This document shows positions 28,465 through 38,223 of a stretch of DNA of 55,395 nucleotides, in pieces. Numbering within the stretch: position 1 is the first letter of the stretch; each line of letters opens with the position of its first letter. A model generated the notes under the pieces. The model was not told the origin of the DNA. It ran no database searches and saw only the letters and a program-made list of their open reading frames with translations. The position numbers were made by a program, and so were the translations under genes. This stretch comes from Bdellovibrionota bacterium (GTDB lineage Bacteria > Bdellovibrionota_C > UBA2361 > JBGSMV01): NCBI GenBank assembly GCA_041739995.1, contig JBGSMV010000025.1, positions 1 to 55,395 of the forward strand. Direction: 5' to 3'.

Positions 28465-29655
28465 TTATAGGAGGTGCCCGAGCTTTTGTCGTTTTGTTTC
28501 GAGATAGGCTTTCGAATACTCATCAGAAGGAACGAGGAGCGGAAGGCGCTCTTTCACCACAAGCCCCCAAGCCTCAATCGCACGCACCTTCTCTGGATTA
28601 TTGGTCAGTAATCTTACCTCCGACACACCAAGATGGCGCAACATCTTTGCCGCCACAGCAAAGTCTCTTAAGTCCGGCTCGAAGCCGAGAGCCAAGTTCG
28701 CTTCAACGGTATCGTGCCCTTGGTCCTGCAGGGCATAGGCCCGTAGCTTGTTGCCAAGCCCTATGCCGCGTCCCTCCTGACGAAGATAAAGAACAACACC
28801 GGCTTTATCTGCTGCAATCTGTGCCATCGCGAGCTCCAGCTGAGCGCCGCAGTCACAGCGCCTGCTGCCAAACACATCACCAGTCAAACACTCTGAGTGG
28901 ATTCTCACCCGCGGGGCAGCTGCGCTCTTAATATTGCCGTATACAAGGGCTAGATGCTCGCTGCCGGTCGCGTCATCAGCAAGCACATAGGAAGAGAATG
29001 GTCCCACCTTGGTCTGTATCTCGGTGCGCGCCACTTCTCGGACAAGAACCTCTTGTTCTGTCCTGTGCCGCACAATCTCGGCGACGCTCGTAATAAGAAG
29101 ATTATGCTTTCGCGCAAAGGCAATGAGCGTCTCGCCACGCGCCATGCTTCCGTCTGGATTCAAGATCTCACAAATCACCCCGGAAGCAGGCAAGCCACAT
29201 AGGCGCGCCAAATCATACGAGCCTTCAGTTTGTCCACGCCGACCGAAAACACCCAGGGGAGATGCAACCAAAGGAAACACATGACCAGGACTCACAAAAT
29301 CATCAGGGCTCGCGTCGGGCGCAATCAGCTTTTTGAAAGTAATGGCGCGTGCTTCGGCGGTTACCCCGCGGTCAACCACCTCACGCGCGTCCACGCTTAT
29401 AGTAAAGGGGGTCTGAAAGGACGAAGTATTTGAAGAGGCCTGCGGCGGAAGCTGAAGGCGATCTGCCAGCTCAGTGCTAATCGAAGCGCAGATAAGCCCA
29501 CGCGCTTCGCGCATCATGAAACTCAAAACATCTTTGGAAACATGCGCGGTGGGGATAACAAGATCCCCTTCGTTCTCTCGATCGGCATCGTCGACCATGA
29601 TGATCATGCGGCCACTGCGCGCGGCCTCGAGTACATCTTTAAATGGATCCAGCAT
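28465..29655 (-). CDS. ribBA: Bifunctional DHBP synthase / GTP cyclohydrolase II
   Basis: DDADRENEGDL, PGHVFPL, RIHSECLTGDVFGSRRCDCG, QEGRGIGL, LLTNNP. Confidence 0.96.
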   Translation of the reverse strand: MLDPFKDVLEAARSGRMIIMVDDADRENEGDLVIPTAHVSKDVLSFMMREARGLICASISTELADRLQLPPQASSNTSSFQTPFTISVDAREVVDRGVTAEARAITFKKLIAPDASPDDFVSPGHVFPLVASPLGVFGRRGQTEGSYDLARLCGLPASGVICEILNPDGSMARGETLIAFARKHNLLITSVAEIVRHRTEQEVLVREVARTEIQTKVGPFSSYVLADDATGSEHLALVYGNIKSAAAPRVRIHSECLTGDVFGSRRCDCGAQLELAMAQIAADKAGVVLYLRQEGRGIGLGNKLRAYALQDQGHDTVEANLALGFEPDLRDFAVAAKMLRHLGVSEVRLLTNNPEKVRAIEAWGLVVKERLPLLVPSDEYSKAYLETKRQKLGHLL

Positions 29656-29678
29656 AGCGTGTCTCTAGGTCAGGCGGC

Positions 29679-30182
29679 TCAGCGAGACGGCGCTTTCGAC
29701 GGCGCCTTCGCACCCTTTGAACGCTTACCCGCTCGCCCCACTTTGTTCAAAGACTGAAGAGTGTCGACAAACTGACTTACATCTCTGAATTCTCGATACA
29801 CCGAGGCAAAGCGCACATAGGCTACCTGGTCCAGCCCTTTTAGAGCCTCCATCACGTACTCCCCCACTTTCCGACTGGGAATCTCTTTCTGGCACAGCTC
29901 ATGGATTTTTCGCTCGATCTGCTCGACCGTACGGTCTATATCTTCAATCTTCACCGGTGTCTTTTCGCAGGCGCGTATCAAGCCTGCACGCGCCTTCATT
30001 CGGTCGAAGATCTCGCTGCGACCGTCCTTCTTGACCACCATCGGAAGTGTCAACTCGACTCTTTCGAAAGTGGTGAAACGGAAGCTGCAACTATCGCACT
30101 CGCGACGTCTTCGGATGGTGCCTTCATCGCTTCGTGAGTCGATTACCGACAGTTTCTCTGAGCTACATCGCGGACACTTCAT
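29679..30182 (-). CDS. nrdR: Transcriptional repressor NrdR
   Basis: MKCPRC...VIDSR...IRRRRECDSC..RFTTFE, ATP cone, VAYVRFASVYR. Confidence 0.97.
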   Translation of the reverse strand: MKCPRCSSEKLSVIDSRSDEGTIRRRRECDSCSFRFTTFERVELTLPMVVKKDGRSEIFDRMKARAGLIRACEKTPVKIEDIDRTVEQIERKIHELCQKEIPSRKVGEYVMEALKGLDQVAYVRFASVYREFRDVSQFVDTLQSLNKVGRAGKRSKGAKAPSKAPSR

Positions 30183-30278
30183 CGTCCACTCACCATTAAT
30201 CTGTTACTGATTGGCAGAGAGCTAGTTCTCAAAAATGAACTGCGCAACTCTTGTACCAAATCGCCCGCTCGACAATTT

Positions 30279-31559
30279 TCAAAGTCTATGTCGATAAAGT
30301 GGGAAACCTCTGCTCAAATTTTCCACTTCTCTGCGAATCACTGCTAACTGGGCTTCATCACCGCCAGACCTCAAAGTACGGGCAATCAGATCTGCAACCT
30401 GTACCATCTCGTCCTCTTTCATACCGCGCGTGGTAAGAGCCGGGGTTCCAAGTCGAATGCCGCTACAGATAGTCGGGGGCTGTGGATCAAAGGGAATCGT
30501 ATTCTTATTGCCGGTAATGCCCACACGGTCGAGGAACGCTTGAGCTTCTTTCCCCGTCACACTCGAGGAACGCAAATCAACCACAAACAAGTGTGAATCC
30601 GTTCCACCAGAAACAATCGAAAACCCTTTTTCTGTAAGCGCCGCACAGGTCGCACGCGCATTTACGATCACTTGCCGTGCATACTCAGCAAACTCAGGCG
30701 TAGCCGCCTCATGAAATGCGACCGCTTTCGCTGCAATAGTGTGTAAGTGTGGCCCTCCCTGCAGCCCTGGGAACACCGCCTTATTAATAGCTTTGGCTAG
30801 CTCCTCTTTGGCCATCACTAAACCAGAGCGTGGGCCGCGCAACGTCTTGTGCGTCGTGGTGGTGACCACATCAGCAAAAGGCGCGGGCGAAGGATACTCA
30901 CCTGCAGCTACCAGCCCCGCATAATGGGCGATGTCGGCCATCAACAGTGCACCTACATCTTTGGCAATTGCCGCAAACCGAGCAAAGTCTAGTTGGCGGG
31001 AATAGGCTGAGGCTCCGGCGATGATGAGCTTCGGGCGATGTTCGCGCGCTAACTCAGCCAACTGATCGTAGTCAATCAGGTGTGTATCCGGCTGCACTCC
31101 ATACGCCACAACTTTATAGTGCTTTCCAGAAAAATTAACGGGGCTTCCGTGCGTAAGATGTCCGCCCTGGTCGAGCCGCATTCCAAGAAACGTGTCCCCC
31201 GGAGACAGTAGTGCTTCGAACACCGCCTGATTGGCCTGAGCACCTGAATGCGGCTGCACATTCGCTGTCTGGACTTTGAAAAGCGAAATCGCGCGCCTGA
31301 TGGCGACTTCTTCAATTTCATCTACCACCTCGCAGCCACCGTAGTAGCGCTTGCCCGGCAGGCCTTCGGCGTACTTGTTTGTAAGAACTGAACCACAAGC
31401 AGCGAGCACCGCTTCCGATACAAAATTCTCGCTCGGGATCATCTCGAGTCCGTACTCCTGTCGTTCCGTCTCTCTCTTAATGAGCCCCGCAATTTCAGGG
31501 TCGACTTCTGACAGGGACCGAACGAATGAACGCATTCCATCAATCGAAGCTTCGCTCAC
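30279..31559 (-). CDS. glyA: Serine hydroxymethyltransferase
   Basis: [50 protein letters not shown]. Confidence 0.97.
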   Translation of the reverse strand: MSEASIDGMRSFVRSLSEVDPEIAGLIKRETERQEYGLEMIPSENFVSEAVLAACGSVLTNKYAEGLPGKRYYGGCEVVDEIEEVAIRRAISLFKVQTANVQPHSGAQANQAVFEALLSPGDTFLGMRLDQGGHLTHGSPVNFSGKHYKVVAYGVQPDTHLIDYDQLAELAREHRPKLIIAGASAYSRQLDFARFAAIAKDVGALLMADIAHYAGLVAAGEYPSPAPFADVVTTTTHKTLRGPRSGLVMAKEELAKAINKAVFPGLQGGPHLHTIAAKAVAFHEAATPEFAEYARQVIVNARATCAALTEKGFSIVSGGTDSHLFVVDLRSSSVTGKEAQAFLDRVGITGNKNTIPFDPQPPTICSGIRLGTPALTTRGMKEDEMVQVADLIARTLRSGGDEAQLAVIRREVENLSRGFPLYRHRL

Positions 31560-31950
31560 TCACCCCTCACCGTTTAATATGCCTATGCCGCCGTTGAGCG
31601 AACCTCAACACAGCCGCCAACATAACCGCGGCAATCCTATCCCGGCGTTCCACTGACCTCAAGGAATGGGCAAATAAGCGCAAGGAGGGGGCTCAGCCAA
31701 AGATTGTGCCGACTTCCGAGAAGCAATTCTCTGCGATCCAAGCACACGCGCCCTTACTCAGAGTGACTCCTCGAGTAAGGGGTTTCGCGTGAAAGCTTTA
31801 CAGGTTGGGGTTCAAGGTAGGGCTACAAGTCGATAATCCACCGAGACGGTGTAGATACTCAACTCGGGGACGCCACAAGCTAAGTAAATCGACTCACCGG
31901 AAGCTAATAGATTCAACGTAGCAGGCCGTGAAGCCAGCTCTGAGAACCAT

Positions 31951-32196
31951 TTAGACTTGCTTGGTGGTGATATAGCTCAACACATCTTGAACGGTCTGAA
32001 TCTTTTCAGCGTCTTCGTCAGGAATCTCCATGTCGTATTCCTCTTCGAGCGCCATGATCAGCTCAACGATATCAAGGGAATCGGCACCTAGATCTTCAAT
32101 AAACGAAGCCTCAGGATTCACTTCCTCTGGGCTTACACCGAGCTGGTCAACAATGATTCCTTTGACTCTCTCAGTTATTTCTTCTGCAGATGCCAT
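31951..32196 (-). CDS. acpP: Acyl carrier protein
   Basis: [19 protein letters not shown] phosphopantetheine motif; GGAGGA before ATG 32196. Confidence 0.97.
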   Translation of the reverse strand: MASAEEITERVKGIIVDQLGVSPEEVNPEASFIEDLGADSLDIVELIMALEEEYDMEIPDEDAEKIQTVQDVLSYITTKQV

Positions 32197-32753
32197 TTGG
32201 GTTCCTCCAACATTTCCTTCACTCATACTCATGAACTGCTTCCTCTCTATATCTCAGGTTTGCAGCTTTTTGAATTCACTATGACGCGAACCCTGCGCTG
32301 CACTTCTACTTAAAGGCTCGACTTCTCAGCGGAGCGTGCTTTTGGTGTAGAAAAACCACACACCCCCCACCAACTCCAGAAGCCTACATTTGACGATTTT
32401 CGGAGACGATACTCAAGATCTCCTCTACGTCACCTGCCAACCTCATCGAACTCGCGCCCCATCTTTCACCGAAGAACGCCAAGAGTCATGTAACTCCAGG
32501 CGCTCGTTGGGCAAAATTTCCGCGATGCTTTCGATATAAGCAGAGGCTCGATCGCAACCGAAATAAGCGGAGACGCTAGTTACTGATGTTTAGGGTTCTC
32601 AGTCAAGCCTTGGAGCGATCTCCCTAATGGAAAACTTACAATCAAAAACTCGCTTTTTACAACTAAAAATTCCTGTAAAAACGAGGAGATACGAGGAGGA
32701 CCGGCCGCCCTATCTCTGGCAATGCGTCGTTTTAAGTCCACCAGGCGGTAAAC

Positions 32754-33524
32754 TTACATATAGAGACCGCCATTGACCCCCACAACCTGCCCCGTCACGT
32801 AGCCTGCTGAAGTGCCTGAAAGGAATCCGACGAGAGCCGCGACCTCCTCTGCTGAACCGGTACGACCAAGCGGGATGGACGAGAGCATGGTCTCCATCAC
32901 CTTAGGGTCTAGGCCCTTAGTCATGTCGGTCTCTATGTATCCTGGAGTAACCGCATTAACCGTAACGTTTCGTGATGCTAATTCGCGCGCCATAGACTTG
33001 GTCATACCAATCAGGCCCGCTTTCGCTGAGACATACGCGACTTGTCCCGGGTTGCCCATCTCACCCACTACGGAGCTAATATTAATGATGCGCCCCCAAC
33101 GCGCCTTCATCATCAATTTTGCTGCGGCGCGCGCACAGAAAAAGGCTCCGTCCAGATTTATAGCCAGTGTCCTTTTCCAATCTTCATCTTTAAATCTGAT
33201 GAGCAGTCCGTCATGCGAAATACCCGCATTATTCACGAGAATATCGAGGCGACCATGTCGCTCTTTGATTGAGTCGATCGCTCCGCTCACCGCCTGGCTA
33301 TCGGAAACATCAAAGCCAAGCGCTTCTGCGCACGCTCCAGAGGAATCGCCTCTGGCTTCATTACAAAGACGTAGCGTCTCCTCTGCTGCGCTCGCATTGG
33401 ACGCAAAATTCACTATTACCAGCGCCCCGCATCGCGAGAGTTCAACGCAGATGGCCCTACCAATTCCGCGAGAACCACCAGTAATTAGAGCAACTCGGTC
33501 TTTCAGGTCCAGCGGCTGGTTCAT
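32754..33524 (-). CDS. fabG: 3-oxoacyl-ACP reductase
   Basis: TGGSRGIG, NNAG, YVSAK, PGYIETDM, VNGGLYM; located between rpmF and acpP. Confidence 0.95.
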   Translation of the reverse strand: MNQPLDLKDRVALITGGSRGIGRAICVELSRCGALVIVNFASNASAAEETLRLCNEARGDSSGACAEALGFDVSDSQAVSGAIDSIKERHGRLDILVNNAGISHDGLLIRFKDEDWKRTLAINLDGAFFCARAAAKLMMKARWGRIINISSVVGEMGNPGQVAYVSAKAGLIGMTKSMARELASRNVTVNAVTPGYIETDMTKGLDPKVMETMLSSIPLGRTGSAEEVAALVGFLSGTSAGYVTGQVVGVNGGLYM

Positions 33525-33672
33525 GGCGACTCCTCATTAATGTGACTGAAAATCTGAGTAAAAACCCCTGCGCAGCTCGCGAAGACACTCACGCATAAGT
33601 AAAGCGTGGATTCACTGCGTCACTACGATGCAAATTTCGGCGCGCTAATTGGCCAGATTACTGATGGCCAGA

Positions 33673-33858
33673 TTACTGAGCCGCTGCCTGAGCAACTATG
33701 GCCTTGCCGCGATAATGCCCACAGGACATACAGGCACGATGTCGAAGCACAGGAGACTGGCAGTTCGTGCAGAGCACTGCGTAGGTACGGCTCAATCCAT
33801 CATGTGCACGGCGAGTTCGTGAGCGGGAGTGAGACGTGCGTTTCTTTGGGACAGCCAT
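33673..33858 (-). CDS. rpmF: 50S ribosomal protein L32 (Zn-binding C4 type)
   Basis: MAVPKKRTSHSR...CTNC...HRACMSCGHYRG. Confidence 0.96.
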   Translation of the reverse strand: MAVPKKRTSHSRSRTRRAHDGLSRTYAVLCTNCQSPVLRHRACMSCGHYRGKAIVAQAAAQ

Positions 33859-34135
33859 ATTTCCTCTTCATCAAAAATCAAATGTGTAAACGCTAGCAGT
33901 GATGCGCCGTTACCTCTAAGCAACGACAGTTTTTGAGCAACTGCTCGCCCCACATCCTGAGAAATGGCCCAGACCAAAGATATCGCCAACTTAAAAAGGC
34001 AAACTATCCAGAGGTACCGCTTTCAGGAGCATCCCAGGTACCATAAATAGCCCATTCGCTCAACTTTAGCGCCTTACGCCGAGTCGACATCCGAGATCCC
34101 GGGCAAACCCCCAAGAGGAAGAGTGCCGCTCTATA

Positions 34136-34165
34136 CGCAGCAAAAAAAGCGCGAAAAACGCTGCG
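34136..34165 (-). terminator. Possible intrinsic terminator downstream of actF
   Basis: Minus strand reads CGCAGCG-TTTTTCG-CGCT-TTTTTT: short stem followed by a U tract. Confidence 0.4.
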
Positions 34166-34221
34166 ATTTCAATATGTTAGCAGTAGTACTTGCTCAATAT
34201 GCGCCGGGCGCCGAGGTTCGC

Positions 34222-35499
34222 CTACCACCTATTATTGTCCTGCATCAACGGACTAGAGACCGTAACGCAAGGGTACTTCGCCAAGAAGCTGTGAATACAC
34301 AGAACAAAGAACCCTAGAAAGCCCAGCGTAAACGCCAAATCAAAGAGTGATAGAGGAATATGTTCAGGAGAGATCTGCGGCATGACAATCATATACTTCT
34401 CAAGCCAAATCCCCACCAAGATGAGCGTCGCTACCGTTGTGTACGCAAGCGGCGTCTTCTTAAGATCATCACTAAGAAGCAGGATAAACGGAATAATGAA
34501 GCACATCCCGAACACAATCCACCCAAGTCCCTGCCAAGGCATTTCCCTAGTTCTAAGAATCATCCACTGGGTTTCTTCCGGCAGGTTGCCGTACCACTGT
34601 GGCAAAAACTGACTAAAAAACGTGTAGCCCCACAGCATGCAAAATCCGAAGCTCAGCTTCCCAAGATCCCACATCTGCTGACTAGTAAGAGCTTTTGAAA
34701 ACAACCGATTATTTCTGGCAAGGTAGAGCACAGTGATGGCTACAAAAGCGAGTGCGGTATAGACATTCGCTAGGAAGAAATAACCTCCGAGCATGTTCGA
34801 GAACCAATACTGGTCCATCGCCATGACCATCTCAAAGGCGAATAGAGTGTAAACCACCGCATAGACAAGAATCAGCAGCGGCGCATTCCAAGAGAGCTTG
34901 CGTTGGGTGTGGATTGCCTCACACTCCGTCCCCTTCCACTCTCCCACAAGGGAATCATAGCTTGGGGTAAACCAGCGATCGAGATGCGGGTATTTCTCTC
35001 TAAGCATTCCCACATCACTGCGAACCGAGAGTTTCACAAAACGCCACATCAAGAAGAACAAAACGGCGAACACTACGGCCATACGCCCGTACACGAAGTC
35101 TGGCTGGAACCACATTTCCCTGCCAATAAACGGACCTCGGCCCCAAGGGAACAAGTACTCCTTCCCCGCATAACTGGTGAGAATGAGAATATAGGCGTAC
35201 GGAAGGAAACTAGCTCCCGACTCACAAACTCTACGCAGCGGTACGGCCCATTGCGCCCTTACAATCTGAAAAATCGCGCACAGAATTACCATGCCGCAGG
35301 CGATGCCGGTCCAAAAAATGACATTCACGTGATACGTGGCCCAAAATATCGCTGGCGGTACGTAAATCACGCCATAAACAAGTGCGACAAGCCCGACCAA
35401 TAGAAACGCCCACATCAACTTAACGAGCCCGATCGTTGGGCGAAGCGGCGCCTCTTTACAAAGTTCCTCTGAGTTCATGTGTGCGGTAAATGAGTGCAT
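34222..35499 (-). CDS. actF: Alternative complex III membrane subunit ActF (NrfD-like)
   Basis: About 10 TMs; AQWAVPLRR, YWFSNMLG, DLGKLSFGFCMLWGY..FSQFLPQWYGNLPEET; last gene of the act cluster. Confidence 0.88.
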   Translation of the reverse strand: MHSFTAHMNSEELCKEAPLRPTIGLVKLMWAFLLVGLVALVYGVIYVPPAIFWATYHVNVIFWTGIACGMVILCAIFQIVRAQWAVPLRRVCESGASFLPYAYILILTSYAGKEYLFPWGRGPFIGREMWFQPDFVYGRMAVVFAVLFFLMWRFVKLSVRSDVGMLREKYPHLDRWFTPSYDSLVGEWKGTECEAIHTQRKLSWNAPLLILVYAVVYTLFAFEMVMAMDQYWFSNMLGGYFFLANVYTALAFVAITVLYLARNNRLFSKALTSQQMWDLGKLSFGFCMLWGYTFFSQFLPQWYGNLPEETQWMILRTREMPWQGLGWIVFGMCFIIPFILLLSDDLKKTPLAYTTVATLILVGIWLEKYMIVMPQISPEHIPLSLFDLAFTLGFLGFFVLCIHSFLAKYPCVTVSSPLMQDNNRW

Positions 35500-35516
35500 A
35501 CTTCGCTCTATCTATT

Positions 35517-35553
35517 CAGGGCTGAGCAGAGGCGGTCCTCTAAAGCAGCCCTG
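35517..35553 (-). other. Stem-loop in the actE-actF spacer
   Basis: CAGGGCTG/CAGCCCTG outer stem and AGAGG/CCTCT inner stem, 17 nt upstream of the actF start. Confidence 0.5.
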
Positions 35554-35675
35554 ATAAAAATTCTTTAACAAACTTCCCTAAAAGACCTTCTCTTAAAAAC
35601 AAAGAAAACGTCAGAAAAACCCGATACAAACAAGCGCCGCCGTGCGGGCAACTTGGCTACAAGAGCGCGTTACTA

Positions 35676-36245
35676 CTACATCGGATTATCGGCCTGTAAT
35701 TTTCTGATGTAGGACACTAATTCCCATATCTGCTCGTTCGATAGCTTGTATCCGTAACGCGGCATAATCGCGTCAATCCCTGAAAAGATGTAGGCCCACA
35801 AAAAGCCGTCTGTCCTTTGCGGAATGAATTTCTCCTGGCTAAGCAGAAGATTAATGCTCGGAATTCCCTTCTGCATTAGGTCAGAGGGAACATGCTGCCC
35901 TGCTTGAATCGACCCATGGCAAACTACACATTGAACTTGGAAAGATCTCTTCCCGCGTTCGGCCGCACTTGCAAGCTCTTCTGCATTCTTCGCGAACGGA
36001 TTTGTCCAAGTCTCTACGATAACAGATCTCTCTGGCAGCTGTCGTGGAAGGCTATGTGCAGAAATGGTTCCCGCCTCCTTCTGTCTCATGACAGAACCGG
36101 TAATCATTTGCTTGCCCACCATGTCCTGGTTAAAAGGCAACGCGACAGCGGGTTTGGGGCCGCCCAAAACAGGCCCAAAGAGATGTATAGTCGCAAGAGT
36201 TCCGACGAGGAGAAAATTTCTAACTTTATAAATCGCGTGCTGCAT
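35676..36245 (-). CDS. actE: Alternative complex III monoheme cytochrome c ActE
   Basis: Single CVVCH, MPRYG, WELVSYIRKLQ; positioned after the DUF3341 gene. Confidence 0.85.
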   Translation of the reverse strand: MQHAIYKVRNFLLVGTLATIHLFGPVLGGPKPAVALPFNQDMVGKQMITGSVMRQKEAGTISAHSLPRQLPERSVIVETWTNPFAKNAEELASAAERGKRSFQVQCVVCHGSIQAGQHVPSDLMQKGIPSINLLLSQEKFIPQRTDGFLWAYIFSGIDAIMPRYGYKLSNEQIWELVSYIRKLQADNPM

Positions 36246-36248
36246 AGC

Positions 36249-36770
36249 CTATAATCCGTTTCGTACCTCGACCTCATCCGCTCCGCACTGCTTGAGCTTT
36301 TCTGAAACCTCGTCCGTTTGTGCGGCGCCACACCCTACTACCACTCCAAATTTATCCTGGGAGAAGCGCGGGTCGTAGCCAATCTTCCTAAAAATGTCCG
36401 GCACTTTACAAAAATGAAACATGGCGAGCAGTGTCGCGATCGCACCAAACAGAATCGTACACTCGTAACCGATCACCACAAATCCGGGCACTGAGATAAT
36501 GTCCTTTGCACTTACACGCAGTGGATAGTCGAGGGAGCACAAAATCGCTAAAGCAAATCCAAAGGTGAGGCCCGCAACTGCCCCAGTAGCCGTGAAAAAC
36601 CGCACTGGGCTCTTCTCAGGGTACGTGAGCGCTTCAAGATCATGGTTGGGAACGGGCGAGTAAACTCTATAGTCGAGCCCCTGCGCCTTGGCTGCCTTCA
36701 CCGCATTCATGGCGTCGTCCATAAAGCTGAACACACCCACCACTACCTTGTTTCCACGAATGCTCGTCAT
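36249..36770 (-). CDS. actD: Alternative complex III subunit ActD (DUF3341)
   Basis: YSPVP, DYPLRVSAK, ECTILFG, DPRFSQDKFG, GADEV. Confidence 0.9.
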   Translation of the reverse strand: MTSIRGNKVVVGVFSFMDDAMNAVKAAKAQGLDYRVYSPVPNHDLEALTYPEKSPVRFFTATGAVAGLTFGFALAILCSLDYPLRVSAKDIISVPGFVVIGYECTILFGAIATLLAMFHFCKVPDIFRKIGYDPRFSQDKFGVVVGCGAAQTDEVSEKLKQCGADEVEVRNGL

Positions 36771-36826
36771 ATCTTCACTCTCTTCTTACCAGTCCGCACT
36801 TGCGTGCGCTCCCAAGCTCTCCTGCT

Positions 36827-38191
36827 CTAATGGCCATGCGCGTGTTCATTACGCATCGGAGGCGGCAGAATCTCCTTGATCTCCATAATTGCAACCGCGG
36901 GGAAGAACTTAATGAACAGCGTCATCCACATCCCAAACCAGCCAAACGCTCCAATAGTAATACCGACGTCTACCCAGGAGAAATTGTAGTAGCCCCACAC
37001 GGCGGGGATGAAATCGTGAGAAAGCGACTGCACAATGATGTTGAAGCGCTCAAACCACATACCGATGTTGATGAAAATCGAAAGGACGAACAAGAATGCA
37101 ATGTTGGTGCGAAGCGGCTTATACCAAAGCGCAAGTGGTGCCATGCAGTTACAGAAAGCCATTATCCAAAAAGCGATCCAATAGTCACCGAATGGACGGA
37201 ACCAAAACTGGGCGCGCTCAAACGGGTTGTTGCTGTACCAAGCAGTGTAGAACTCGGTGATGTACGCATAGCTCACCACACCACTGGTAAGCATTATCAA
37301 CTTACTCATGGCATCAAAGTGCTGCAGGGTAATCAATCGCTCTAGCTTGTAAACGGCGCGAATGGGGATGGCGAGTGTCATCACCATCGCGACGCCTGAA
37401 AAAATCGCCCCCGCTACGAAGTACGGCGGGAAAATCGTCGCATGCCAACCAGGCACGATACTCACCGCGAAATCCCAGGAAACCACGCTATGCACCGATA
37501 CGACGAGCGGTGTGGCAAAAGCGGCAAACAAAAGGTAGGCGGAAGTGTAATGCTTCCATTGCGTGTGACTTCCAGACCAGCCCAGCGCGGTTACCGTATA
37601 GAGCACCTTTCGAAAGGTGGTCTTAGCCCGGTCACGCATGATCGCAACGTCAGGAATCAAGCCTACAATAAAGAAAGTGGCCGAGACGGTAAGGTAGGTT
37701 GAAACGGCGAACACGTCCCACAAAAGCGGAGAGCGGAAGTTTGGCCACAACGCCATCTGATTCGGATACGGCATCAACCAGTAGAAAAACCAAGGGCGAC
37801 CAAGATGGATCAGAGGAAAGAGTCCTGCGGTGAGTACCGCAAACACCGTCATCGCCTCAGCCAGTCGGTAGATGGAGTTTCGAAACTTAGCTCGAAACAG
37901 ATACAGCACTGCGGAAATCAAGGTGCCAGAGTGAGCAATACCAACCCAAAAAACGAAATTGGTAATGTAGGCCCCCCAGGAGATCGGATGCGATTTACCA
38001 GACTCCCCGATACCCACTAAAATCTGGCGGGTCCAGCTGGCAGCCCCGACACCGACACATAGCAGACAGGTCGCAAGCAAAATGTACCATCCAAGAGTTG
38101 GAGGCTCCATCATCTTCGCAACCGTCGAATCAACCTCTGCGTAGGTGACCGGCGCTTCTTCTTTATGTTCTTGAGTTCCGTGATGTCCCAT
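36827..38191 (-). CDS. actC: Alternative complex III quinol-binding subunit ActC (NrfD/PsrC family)
   Basis: YITNFVFWVGIAHSGTLISA, IHLGRPW, WPNFRSPLLWD, SVHSVVSWDFA, GWHATIFPPYFVAGAIFSG. Start taken at ATG 38191. Confidence 0.95.
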   Translation of the reverse strand: MGHHGTQEHKEEAPVTYAEVDSTVAKMMEPPTLGWYILLATCLLCVGVGAASWTRQILVGIGESGKSHPISWGAYITNFVFWVGIAHSGTLISAVLYLFRAKFRNSIYRLAEAMTVFAVLTAGLFPLIHLGRPWFFYWLMPYPNQMALWPNFRSPLLWDVFAVSTYLTVSATFFIVGLIPDVAIMRDRAKTTFRKVLYTVTALGWSGSHTQWKHYTSAYLLFAAFATPLVVSVHSVVSWDFAVSIVPGWHATIFPPYFVAGAIFSGVAMVMTLAIPIRAVYKLERLITLQHFDAMSKLIMLTSGVVSYAYITEFYTAWYSNNPFERAQFWFRPFGDYWIAFWIMAFCNCMAPLALWYKPLRTNIAFLFVLSIFINIGMWFERFNIIVQSLSHDFIPAVWGYYNFSWVDVGITIGAFGWFGMWMTLFIKFFPAVAIMEIKEILPPPMRNEHAHGH

Positions 38192-38223
38192 CGTCGATCT
38201 TCTCGAATCCGCGATTCCCAAAT

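Noticed and set aside
32812..33540. 242-aa plus-strand ORF
   Set aside because: Antisense shadow of fabG, a common artefact opposite SDR genes.
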